Position numbers and translations under genes: made by a program. The notes beneath the pieces are model-generated. The model was not told where the DNA came from, did not search any database, and saw only the letters and a program-made list of their open reading frames with translations. From an uncultured bacterium (lineage in GTDB: Bacteria; Hydrothermota; UBA3073; NMUJ01; CBEVQO01), in assembly GCA_965552055.1 (NCBI GenBank), contig CBEVQO010000005.1, forward strand, positions 96,001 through 160,000: a stretch of DNA of 64,000 nucleotides, read 5' to 3'. Shown here piece by piece: positions 36,130-45,399 of this stretch; position 1 is the stretch's first letter, and every line of letters starts with the position of its first letter.

Positions 36130-38446
36130 TAAAATTTATATTGCGGTATTATTTTTGTTATCTCTTTTATATTTCGGACGATTTTTAACGGGAAAATACA
36201 TGATACATGGTTCCGATTATCTTCTGGAGGGTTATGTTTTTCATAACTGGATTGCGGAAGAGATGCGTAAAGGCGTTGTTCCTCACTGGTGTCCTTATAT
36301 TTTTGGTGGATTACCACTTGGTTCGCATTTAACATTTATCAGGATTATCTATTTGATATTTCCTGTGCATATTGCTTGGAATTGGCTTTTTATGCTATCC
36401 ATGTTCTTTGCGGGTTTGGGTGTTTTTCTTCTTTTAAAGCAGATGAAGGTATCATCGGAAGTTTCCTTTTTATCTGCTCTTATTTATATGAGCTCGGGAT
36501 GTGTTCTTTCTGTTACTTATCCCGGGCATGATGGAAAAGCTTATGCTGCTGCTTTTTTGCCTTTTATATTCCTGTTTTTATATAGAGGCATTAAAAAAGT
36601 CAATTTGTGGGATTTTTTGATTTTCGGCGGACTTTATGGACTTTCCGCTGTTCACTCTCATTTTCAAATAATTTATTTCTTTGCTTATTTTTGCCTTTCT
36701 TATTATATTTATGCATTTATTTTATCGAGACAAAAAAAGAAATTATTACTTTATGGCATTTTGGGAGCTCTTCTTGTTGTTTTCCTAGCTGCTCATAAAT
36801 TTTTACCGACTTTCAGGCATTTAAAATGGGGTGCAAGAGGTGCATTTGAAAGAGGATATGAGTTTGCAACATCATGGGCAATACCAGTAAACGAGCTTTT
36901 AAATCTCATAACTCCACACTTCTCAGGGATACTCGATAATTACTGGGGATACAACTATTTCAGATTAAATACTTTTTATCTCGGAATACTGGCAATCCTT
37001 TTGTTTTTCCTGTCCTTTAAATTTTATAAAAAGACGAAATTTTTCCTGATAGCAGCTATTGTTACACTTTTGCTCTCTTTAGGAGGGAACACTCCTCTTT
37101 ACAAATTGGTTTATTATGGACTACCGGGTGCTAAAAAATTGAGAGCACCTTCTATGTTTTTCTACATCACAAATTTAAATCTTGCTATAATAAGTGGATT
37201 GGTAATGCAGGAGATTTTGAATATTAAAAATGAAAAGGAAAAAAGAAGAACACTTAATCTGATATTTGTCTTTACGGGTATTATTTTCCTTTTGTTGTTA
37301 ATTTTTGGTGCTTTTAAACATGTGATGCTTCCAGCCCTTAAAGATTATTTTACCACGCGTTTAATAAGTATGTGGGGTGCTACGGGTGATGCGAAAATAG
37401 CGCGCTTCATAGCTAACTATCCAAATTTCGTAAAGGGACTCACTTTTGCATTTATCATTACGGTAATTTATACTTTTATAATGTGGCTTATTTTGCGAAA
37501 AAAATTGGATTATAAATTTTTAATCTATACACTTTGTTTTGTCACTTTAGTAGATGAATGGCTAATTTGCAAGAAATTCTTACAGAAAGCTCCACATCCA
37601 TCGGAATATTTTAGAAAAGATGAAGTTGTGCAATTTTTATCTTATGATAAGAGTATTTTCAGAGTATTTCCTCTTCATTACGAACATGCAAGAGATGAAT
37701 ATTTAATGTATCATGGGATACAGTCACTGGGAGGTTACACTGCAAATCCCTATTACCGCTATCAGCTGCTAATAGGTGCAGGAAAAAGTGTTATGTTTAA
37801 TCCGGTGAATTTAATACAATATCCACATTTGCTTAATATTTTAAACACAAAGTACATAATAGCATACAGTATGCCGGAGACCACAAAAGTTGATAAAAGA
37901 TATAGAAAACAGGTAGCTATGTGGAAAAATTATCTTAAGAATTTCAAAGAAGCATATAGATTGAGGACAAGACCTTTTGTAATTTACCTTAATGAGAAAA
38001 GATTCGAAAGAGCATTCCTGTGTCCAGATTATGTTGTTGTTTCGGAAGATAGTGCATTGAAACTTATGTTGAATCCAGATTTCAATCTTAAAAGATATGT
38101 AATACTTGAGGAAGATGTGGATTTTGAACATAATGATAGAGTAGAAGGCGAAGTTCAAATTTTAAGATATTCAGCTAATGAAGTTGAACTGAGAGTGAAG
38201 ACAGATAAAGAATGTTTCCTTGTGCTAACCGATAACTATCATCCTATATGGGAATGTGAGGTGGATGGTGTTCCTGCAAAGATTTATCTTGCTGATTTCG
38301 CTTTTAGAGCCGTTAGAGTGCCTGCAGGTGAGCATACGGTAAAATTCAGGTGCAAATCTCCAGATAAACCTTTGCATAGATTAATGTTTATACTTGGGTT
38401 AATTGCTTTTGCTTTTGCAGTTTATAAAAAGAGAAAAGAAAAATGA
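36119..38446 (+). CDS. YfhO family membrane protein (GT-C-like glycosyltransferase)
   Basis: PHWCPYIFGGLP, many TM helices, C-terminal LVLTDNYHPIW...VDG...FRAVRVPAGEH. Confidence 0.82.
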   Translation: MKRDKIYIAVLFLLSLLYFGRFLTGKYMIHGSDYLLEGYVFHNWIAEEMRKGVVPHWCPYIFGGLPLGSHLTFIRIIYLIFPVHIAWNWLFMLSMFFAGLGVFLLLKQMKVSSEVSFLSALIYMSSGCVLSVTYPGHDGKAYAAAFLPFIFLFLYRGIKKVNLWDFLIFGGLYGLSAVHSHFQIIYFFAYFCLSYYIYAFILSRQKKKLLLYGILGALLVVFLAAHKFLPTFRHLKWGARGAFERGYEFATSWAIPVNELLNLITPHFSGILDNYWGYNYFRLNTFYLGILAILLFFLSFKFYKKTKFFLIAAIVTLLLSLGGNTPLYKLVYYGLPGAKKLRAPSMFFYITNLNLAIISGLVMQEILNIKNEKEKRRTLNLIFVFTGIIFLLLLIFGAFKHVMLPALKDYFTTRLISMWGATGDAKIARFIANYPNFVKGLTFAFIITVIYTFIMWLILRKKLDYKFLIYTLCFVTLVDEWLICKKFLQKAPHPSEYFRKDEVVQFLSYDKSIFRVFPLHYEHARDEYLMYHGIQSLGGYTANPYYRYQLLIGAGKSVMFNPVNLIQYPHLLNILNTKYIIAYSMPETTKVDKRYRKQVAMWKNYLKNFKEAYRLRTRPFVIYLNEKRFERAFLCPDYVVVSEDSALKLMLNPDFNLKRYVILEEDVDFEHNDRVEGEVQILRYSANEVELRVKTDKECFLVLTDNYHPIWECEVDGVPAKIYLADFAFRAVRVPAGEHTVKFRCKSPDKPLHRLMFILGLIAFAFAVYKKRKEK

Positions 38447-39249
38447 TTTATAAAATATACAAGGATTTTATAAAATTTCTGGAGAAAATAAAAGAGAGAG
38501 AAGGCAATAAATTAGAGTTTTACAGAAAATATTATCTTGATAAACATTTTGAGTTTTTGATGGCATACTGGAAAAGTATGTTTTCGTATTCGCCGGAGAA
38601 ATGGCTGTATGAAAGAGTTAATCAGATAAAATATCGGGATTATAAATTTTTAATCGTAAATGTAAAAGAAAATCCACCTGAATTTATAGTAGAGGATACA
38701 TTGAGGCTGTGTCGGAAAGTGTCGCTTTTTGATAAATTGCCCGATGTCTATTTATTTGTGGGCTTTTTCTCATCCGATGGTGCTACTTTTTTCTTTAAAG
38801 ATTCACCTGTTATAGCAATTGGTCTTGAGCGCTTTTTTGATTTTGCGGATATGAAATATGTAGTGGCACATGAATATGGACATTTCTGGTTTTTAAGTTT
38901 ATGTAAAATGGAAACAAAATATCTCTGGCAAAAGATTTTAAAAGAAGGACTTGCATTTTACTTTACAAAATGCGTATTTAAGAATTCTCCTCTTTACAAA
39001 ATATTATTGATGCACAGAAGGAAAATTAATGCTTGCATTTCTCAGGAAAGCATTATAATAAATTATGTGAAAGGGAATTTTTATAAAAAATTTGATGGAA
39101 GTTACGAGAGGGAGATTAATTATTTGAGTTATAAATTGATTTATGATGTTGCGAAGAAATTCTCTTTTGATGTTAGAAGTTTGTTTTACGAGGCATCGGA
39201 GAGAGGGGAGCTGCTTTTAAAGGAGGGTTTGTGCCTTTTGAGCAGGTAG
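38443..39249 (+). CDS. Putative Zn-dependent protease (DUF2268-like)
   Basis: AHEYGH...EGLA gluzincin motif. Confidence 0.6.
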   Translation: MIYKIYKDFIKFLEKIKEREGNKLEFYRKYYLDKHFEFLMAYWKSMFSYSPEKWLYERVNQIKYRDYKFLIVNVKENPPEFIVEDTLRLCRKVSLFDKLPDVYLFVGFFSSDGATFFFKDSPVIAIGLERFFDFADMKYVVAHEYGHFWFLSLCKMETKYLWQKILKEGLAFYFTKCVFKNSPLYKILLMHRRKINACISQESIIINYVKGNFYKKFDGSYEREINYLSYKLIYDVAKKFSFDVRSLFYEASERGELLLKEGLCLLSR

Positions 39250-39638
39250 CACATACTGCTGACCTTGCTCTGAAAATATGGGCTGATGACCTTAAAAGTT
39301 TATTCTGCGAAGCCGGAAAAGCGTTGTTTGCGACGATTACAGATATTAATAAAATAAAAAAAGAAGAGAAGACAGAAATTGAAATAAAAGCAGAGGGATA
39401 TGAGAATCTATTGCACGATTTTCTCGAAGAATTAATCTTTTATTTTGATGCACGATATAAATTATTTTGTGACTTTGAAGTGCTTGAACTTACGCCGAAT
39501 TATTTAAAGATAAGGTGCTGGGGTGAGAGCATAAAAGGACATAAAATAGAAAAGTGCGTAAAGGCAGCAACTTATCATGAGTTTGAAATCAAAAAGGAAA
39601 ATGGTAAATACATTACAACAATCATATTTGATGTGTAA
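39231..39638 (+). CDS. Archease
   Basis: HTADL N-terminal motif, VKAATYH, C-terminal IFDV. Confidence 0.92.
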   Translation: MPFEQVAHTADLALKIWADDLKSLFCEAGKALFATITDINKIKKEEKTEIEIKAEGYENLLHDFLEELIFYFDARYKLFCDFEVLELTPNYLKIRCWGESIKGHKIEKCVKAATYHEFEIKKENGKYITTIIFDV

Positions 39639-40287
39639 TTGGAATTTGTCACCGCGAGATGCTGTAGAATTTCAAAAGAAATTATCGCGAAAAGTGAAGA
39701 TAACAAAATATCAAGGTAAACTGGAATTAGTTGCAGGTTGTGATGTATCTTTTTTGCGCGATTTGGGCTGCGCAGCTGTCGTTGTGATGAAATTACCGGA
39801 ATTCGAAATAGTTGAAAAAGAGATTTTTATCGATTTTGTGGAATATCCCTATATTCCTGGATTGCTTGCTTTTAGAGAAGGTCCCCTTTTGTTGCAGGCA
39901 ATTAATAAGCTGAAAATAAAGCCGGATATTTTTATTTTTGACGGACAGGGTATTGCCCATCCAAGAGGTCTGGGAATTGCTTCTCACATGGGTGTGTTAT
40001 TAGATATTCCTACAATTGGATGTGCGAAATCGATTTTGATAGGAAAATACCAAAATTTGGGGAACAAAAAAGGAGATTTTTCGCCTTTGATTTATCGAGG
40101 CAAGATCGTGGGATACGCTTTGAGAACGAGAGAAAATGTGAAGCCTGTTTTCGTTTCACCCGGTAATCTTTGTAATTTTGAAGATGCAAGGGAAATCGTC
40201 CTGAAGTGTTGTAAAAAATACAGATTGCCCGAGCCTTTAAGACAGGCACATATCGAGAGTAATGCACATATACAGGAGGGGGTATGA
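39631..40287 (+). CDS. nfi: Endonuclease V
   Basis: AGCDVS, YPYIPGLLAFRE, DGQGIAHPR and YRLPEPLRQAH motifs. Confidence 0.95.
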   Translation: MCNWNLSPRDAVEFQKKLSRKVKITKYQGKLELVAGCDVSFLRDLGCAAVVVMKLPEFEIVEKEIFIDFVEYPYIPGLLAFREGPLLLQAINKLKIKPDIFIFDGQGIAHPRGLGIASHMGVLLDIPTIGCAKSILIGKYQNLGNKKGDFSPLIYRGKIVGYALRTRENVKPVFVSPGNLCNFEDAREIVLKCCKKYRLPEPLRQAHIESNAHIQEGV

Positions 40288-41165
40288 AAGCATTTGTTTT
40301 TCCGGGTCAGGGTGCGCAATTTGTAGGTATGGGAAAAGACCTTTATGAAAAATATGAAAAGGTAAAAGAAATATTTGACAAAGCAGTGGAAATACTGGGT
40401 TACGATATTAGAAAACTATGTTTTGAAGGTCCGGAAGATGAATTGACTAACACTCGCAATGCTCAACCAGCAATTTTTCTGCATTCATCTGCTATGCTGC
40501 AATTGATAAATGAAAAGCCCGATATTACAGCGGGTCATAGTTTGGGTGAATATACAGCGCTTTATTGTGCGGGAGTATTTGATTTTGAGACAGCATTAAA
40601 AGTGGTGGCAAAAAGAGGTGAATTGATGGCTAAAGCAGGAGAAAAGGCAAAAGGAAAAATGTCGGCAGTGATAGGTCTTTCAATAGAAAAAATCGAAAAA
40701 ATACTGAGTGATTTATCAAAAAAGGGAGTGATTTTGATAGCGAATTATAACTCGCCGCAACAGGTGGTAATAAGTGGTGAAGAAAAGTTAATTGAAGAAG
40801 CAAATGAGATTTTAAAGAAAGAGGGAGCAAAAAGAGTAATTCCTTTAAAAGTGAGCGCAGCATTTCATAGCCCTTTGATGGATGAAGCAGGTAGGGAATT
40901 TGCACAATTTCTTGATAGGGTAGAATTTAGGGAGCCTGAAATTCCCGTTGTGCCAAATGCTACTGCAAAAGTTACAAAAGATGTAAAAGAAATAAAAGAT
41001 GCGTTGAAAAAACAAATGACATCAAAGGTATTATGGATACAGTCTGTGGAAGAGATGATAAAATGGGGTGTGAAAAAGTTCTGTGAAATAGGTCCTGGTA
41101 GAGTTTTAACGGGATTGATAAAAAAGATAGCGCCAGAGGTAGAAGTAGAAAAGATTGAGCTATGA
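40284..41165 (+). CDS. fabD: Malonyl-CoA:ACP transacylase
   Basis: FPGQGAQ, AGHSLGEY, AFHS and EIGPG motifs. Confidence 0.95.
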   Translation: MKAFVFPGQGAQFVGMGKDLYEKYEKVKEIFDKAVEILGYDIRKLCFEGPEDELTNTRNAQPAIFLHSSAMLQLINEKPDITAGHSLGEYTALYCAGVFDFETALKVVAKRGELMAKAGEKAKGKMSAVIGLSIEKIEKILSDLSKKGVILIANYNSPQQVVISGEEKLIEEANEILKKEGAKRVIPLKVSAAFHSPLMDEAGREFAQFLDRVEFREPEIPVVPNATAKVTKDVKEIKDALKKQMTSKVLWIQSVEEMIKWGVKKFCEIGPGRVLTGLIKKIAPEVEVEKIEL

Positions 41166-44100
41166 TTTTGTTTTTATTACTTCAATATAAATTAGTGTGG
41201 TGTGATAGTGTAAATTTCAGCAATTATGATAGAGCCTTTGCAATAAAATTTAGAGGAAGCGAAATACTCGTTGCGGGATACGGTGTTATAAATCTTGCAT
41301 ATCGTGGAGTTATTTTACATTACGATAAATCCGGGAATTTGTTAAGAATAGATACAATTTACACGGGTGCAGCTACTTACATTTATGACATGGATGTAAA
41401 GCAGGATAAGATAATTCTTGCAGGACAGAGAGGTATAGGTTCATCCGGTGATTTACTCATTGTAAGAATGGATACTTTAGGTGATACTCTCTGGACAAAA
41501 TGTGTTGATAAATTTGGAGATGCAGAAAGAGGCAACGGAATATTTTATGCGAATAATGACACTTTTGTTGTAACAGGTTATGCAAAACTTAATGCCAATA
41601 ATTATTTTTACACTTTAATGTTAATGGATACTGCTATCATATGGCAAAATAGCGATTATTTAGGACAGGGAGAAGATGTGATTTATACTAATGCTGGAGT
41701 TTTTGCATGTGGAGTAGGAGAGTTGTCTTCAAGTGAGGCATTTTTACTTTTAAAATATAATTTCACAGGTAATATTGTAAATATAGATACAATTGATTTC
41801 GCAGGAGATGAAGGAGCATATTCTTTGATAAAAGAAAATCAAATTTATGTTACAGGATATGTTGTGCCTTCAGCAAATGCAGATTGCTATATTGTGAAAT
41901 ATAATTTTAATTGCGATACTATATGGACAGGGAAATTTGCTAAAGGCGGTGGAGATTATGGGTATTCTGTATTTTGTAAAAATGGCTATGTATATGTAGC
42001 AGGTATGACACAGACAGCAACAAGGGGAAATGATATTCTCATTTTGCAATACGATACTCTTGGTAATTTGATGTATTGTGATTCAATCGATTTAGGGACG
42101 GATGAAGAGGCGCACGGTATAATAGTTGACGATTCGCTAAATGTTTACATTTGCGGATATAAAGGCGGGGTTAATACAGATATTTTTGTGCTGAAACTGA
42201 TGCCGGTAGCTGACATTGAATTGTCAGATACTTTTCGTGACTTTGGCAATGTAAAAGTTGGTGATACAGTAAGATGGCAATATCTTATCATTAAAAATAC
42301 AGGTTTTAAGTGTTTAACAATAGATAGTATAAAAGTGGATTTTCCGTATTTTGTGGATATTTCTCAAATTGCGATATCACCTTCTGATAGTGTACTACTT
42401 ACAGTTTCTTTTTCACCAAAGGATTCGGGAGTTGTTGAGAAATTGTTGAAAATATATTCAAATGACCCAGATGAGCCTATAAGTACAGTAAGATTAAAAG
42501 GAGGAGGGTTAAAGCCGGGAATCTCTCTTTCCGATACTATTTTGGATTTTGGACAAGTTTTAAAAGGCGATACATCAACGAAAATACTTGTCATAAAAAA
42601 TGCAGGCAATGATACTCTTTTTGTAGATAGTATGAAAATAGAAGGAAATTATTTTTCTGCGAAGTTACAATCTTTTTATTTGTTACCTGCTCAAACTTAC
42701 AATGAAACACTTTATTTTATTCCCCAAGATACAGGCGAATTTACAGGTACATTTTACATATACTCAAATGACCCCGATAAGCATGTATCTTATGTTGATT
42801 TAATGGGAAAAGGAATTAAACCGATTTTAATAATATCCCAACGAAATATAGATTTTGGAAATGTTGACCTAAAAGACACAGTGATGTCGCAAATTTGTCT
42901 CAAAAATGCAGGGAACGCGAATCTCATTATAGATAGTGTTAAAAATGAATTAGAGTGTTTCTGGTTTAGCCAGATTTCTGGATGCACTTTGACACCAAAA
43001 GATTCTACCCTTTTAAACATTTATTTTAGTCCGAAAGATTCCGGTGAATTTTCAGATACTTTAAAAATTTACTCTACCGATATTGATAGTCCTTTGAAAT
43101 TTGTCTCAATTTTTGGAATGAGCATTTTGCCTTATATTTTGCTTTCGCAGAATTTTTATGATTTTGGTCAAATCTTTATAGGTGATAGTGCTGAATTTTC
43201 GTTTTACATAAAAAACATAGGTTCTGCAACTCTTATCATTGACAGTATTGCTGGAGAAGAAAATTCGTTTAAAGTATTGCTACAGGATAGTACGATAAGG
43301 AGAGAAGATAGTGCTTTATGTGTTATTAAATTTATTCCTCAACGAATGGGAGAGATTTCAGAATCAATCTGTTTTTATTCGAACGACCAGAAAAGAGTCA
43401 AAGTTTATTTTTATGCTACAGGTACGGGATTGTGGGCGGATATTGAAGTTGGGGATACCACACTGGATTTTGGTGTAATCGCAATAAATGATACCTTTGA
43501 GAAAGAGATAATGGTGTATAATCAGGGAAATTACAGGATAAAGATAGATAGTGTGATTTTGAGAGATTCGGTATTCTGGCTCACTTCTTTTCCAGAGAGT
43601 ATTGCGGGGTTTGACACTGTTTATCTCAAAGTATATTTTGCACCCAAAGATAGCATTGAATATACAGGGAAGTTATACATTTATTCGGATGATGAAGATG
43701 AAGGAATTTTAAGCGTAGCGCTGAAAGGAAAAGGAGGTTTACCTGAAATAAAGGTTTACCCTGATTTCTTAGATTTTGGAGAAGTAAATTTAAAAGATAC
43801 AGCGGATACCCATATTGTGATAAAGAATGAAGGAGATGCATTACTTGAAATAACAAAAATGACCTTTACGGATACCAGCTTCTGGACACTATCTTCTTTT
43901 CCTCTATATATTTCTGGCAGTGATAGTATTCTTTTGGGGATTTATTATAATCCCAAAGATACTTCTTCTGTGCTTTGCACACTTTATATTTACTCAAACG
44001 ATAAAGAAAATGCAGTTCTCACCCCTATATTGAAAGGTAAAGGCACGATATTAAAAATTGAAGAAATATCACCTGTTTATAATTTTGTAGAGATAAAACC

Positions 44101-44320
44101 GAATCCGGCAAAAAATAAAATAACTATTTATTTTGAAAAAGAAGTTAAAGTTGATATTGGAATCTTTGATATTTGTGGAAGAAGTGTTAAAAATTATAAA
44201 GGGGAATTTAAGAGGCTTGATATCGATTTGAAAGAGTTTAAATCGGGTATTTATTTTGTGAGATGTGAGATTGAGGGGAAGAGATTCGGTTTTAAGTTTT
44301 TGAAGATGGGGGCAGAATGA
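41162..44320 (+). CDS. Secreted protein: beta-propeller, six choice-of-anchor D (ASPM/Abnormal-spindle Ig-like) repeats, T9SS-like C-terminal domain
   Basis: Six DFG.V...D......I.N.G...L.IDS...IYSND repeats; C-terminal PNP...IFDICGR...SGIYFV. Confidence 0.8.
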   Translation: MILFLLLQYKLVWCDSVNFSNYDRAFAIKFRGSEILVAGYGVINLAYRGVILHYDKSGNLLRIDTIYTGAATYIYDMDVKQDKIILAGQRGIGSSGDLLIVRMDTLGDTLWTKCVDKFGDAERGNGIFYANNDTFVVTGYAKLNANNYFYTLMLMDTAIIWQNSDYLGQGEDVIYTNAGVFACGVGELSSSEAFLLLKYNFTGNIVNIDTIDFAGDEGAYSLIKENQIYVTGYVVPSANADCYIVKYNFNCDTIWTGKFAKGGGDYGYSVFCKNGYVYVAGMTQTATRGNDILILQYDTLGNLMYCDSIDLGTDEEAHGIIVDDSLNVYICGYKGGVNTDIFVLKLMPVADIELSDTFRDFGNVKVGDTVRWQYLIIKNTGFKCLTIDSIKVDFPYFVDISQIAISPSDSVLLTVSFSPKDSGVVEKLLKIYSNDPDEPISTVRLKGGGLKPGISLSDTILDFGQVLKGDTSTKILVIKNAGNDTLFVDSMKIEGNYFSAKLQSFYLLPAQTYNETLYFIPQDTGEFTGTFYIYSNDPDKHVSYVDLMGKGIKPILIISQRNIDFGNVDLKDTVMSQICLKNAGNANLIIDSVKNELECFWFSQISGCTLTPKDSTLLNIYFSPKDSGEFSDTLKIYSTDIDSPLKFVSIFGMSILPYILLSQNFYDFGQIFIGDSAEFSFYIKNIGSATLIIDSIAGEENSFKVLLQDSTIRREDSALCVIKFIPQRMGEISESICFYSNDQKRVKVYFYATGTGLWADIEVGDTTLDFGVIAINDTFEKEIMVYNQGNYRIKIDSVILRDSVFWLTSFPESIAGFDTVYLKVYFAPKDSIEYTGKLYIYSDDEDEGILSVALKGKGGLPEIKVYPDFLDFGEVNLKDTADTHIVIKNEGDALLEITKMTFTDTSFWTLSSFPLYISGSDSILLGIYYNPKDTSSVLCTLYIYSNDKENAVLTPILKGKGTILKIEEISPVYNFVEIKPNPAKNKITIYFEKEVKVDIGIFDICGRSVKNYKGEFKRLDIDLKEFKSGIYFVRCEIEGKRFGFKFLKMGAE

Positions 44321-45399
44321 AAGAGATGGTTGTGGCTGTTCCCAATATGGGTCCTCTGGCGATAGTTGCCCGTGGTATTTTTAAGTCACTTGGTATACCG
44401 ATAGTTACTGTGCCAAGAATTACTCGTGAGATGATAGAACGCGGAGTCAAATATTCACCTGAATTTGCGTGTTTTCCTTTAAAGGCAGTGCTTGGCAATT
44501 TTATGAAAGCAGCAGAGATGGGTGCAACTCACCTCTTGATATTCGGTGGAGGAGGACCCTGTAGATTCGGATTATATGGAGTAACTCTTGACTATATACT
44601 CAAAGATTTGGGATACGATGCAAAGGTTCTGATCTTTGATACGATAAGAGAAGAATGGAGCAAAGAGATGTATAAAGAAATAGGATTTCTGGACCATAGA
44701 TTAAAGATAAAAAATATGGCAAGAGCTTTATTTGTTGGATATTATAAGCTGAGGCTTGCGGAATATGCTGAGAAACTTGCAGGAGAATATAGGGCATATC
44801 AGGTGGAGAAAGGTGCAGTTGATAGAGTATTGAAGGAAGCTTATCAGATGATAGATGAAGAATTTTCAATTCACAGACTTATGAAGATGAAGAAAAAAAT
44901 AAAAGAAATGTTCGATAAAGTGGAAAAAGATATGAGCAGAGAAGTTGTAAGAGTCGGGATAGTAGGTGAGATTTATATGACAGTGGAGCCCACCATGAAT
45001 CTTGAACTGGAACGCAGGCTCGGGGAATTAGGAGCAGTATGCGATAGGAATATAACAGCCTGGAACTATGTGACAGAGACCTTAAAATTAAATAGAAAAT
45101 ATAAATATGTGCAAAAACTTGCGAAACCTTATTTGAAGTATCATGCAGGCGGTAAGAGCAGTTATTCGGTTGGTTTTACAATAGATTATGCATTAAAGGG
45201 CTATGATGGAGTTGTACATATAATGCCTTTCGGCTGTATGCCAGAAATTATAGCACAGTCAATAATAAATAAAGTTTCAAAAGATTATAATATACCTGTG
45301 CTCGAAGTGGTACTCGATGAGCATGTAGCGGAAGCAGGTTTGCAAACAAGATTAGAGGCTTTTGTTGATTTACTTTTTAAAAGAAAAATTAAAAGGTGA
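44317..45399 (+). CDS. Acyl-CoA dehydratase/activase-associated protein (DUF2229 plus HgdD-like)
   Basis: SPEFACFPLK, GGGPCRFGLY, VGEIY, PFGCMPE and DEH..EAGLQTRLEAF motifs. Confidence 0.75.
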   Translation: MKEMVVAVPNMGPLAIVARGIFKSLGIPIVTVPRITREMIERGVKYSPEFACFPLKAVLGNFMKAAEMGATHLLIFGGGGPCRFGLYGVTLDYILKDLGYDAKVLIFDTIREEWSKEMYKEIGFLDHRLKIKNMARALFVGYYKLRLAEYAEKLAGEYRAYQVEKGAVDRVLKEAYQMIDEEFSIHRLMKMKKKIKEMFDKVEKDMSREVVRVGIVGEIYMTVEPTMNLELERRLGELGAVCDRNITAWNYVTETLKLNRKYKYVQKLAKPYLKYHAGGKSSYSVGFTIDYALKGYDGVVHIMPFGCMPEIIAQSIINKVSKDYNIPVLEVVLDEHVAEAGLQTRLEAFVDLLFKRKIKR

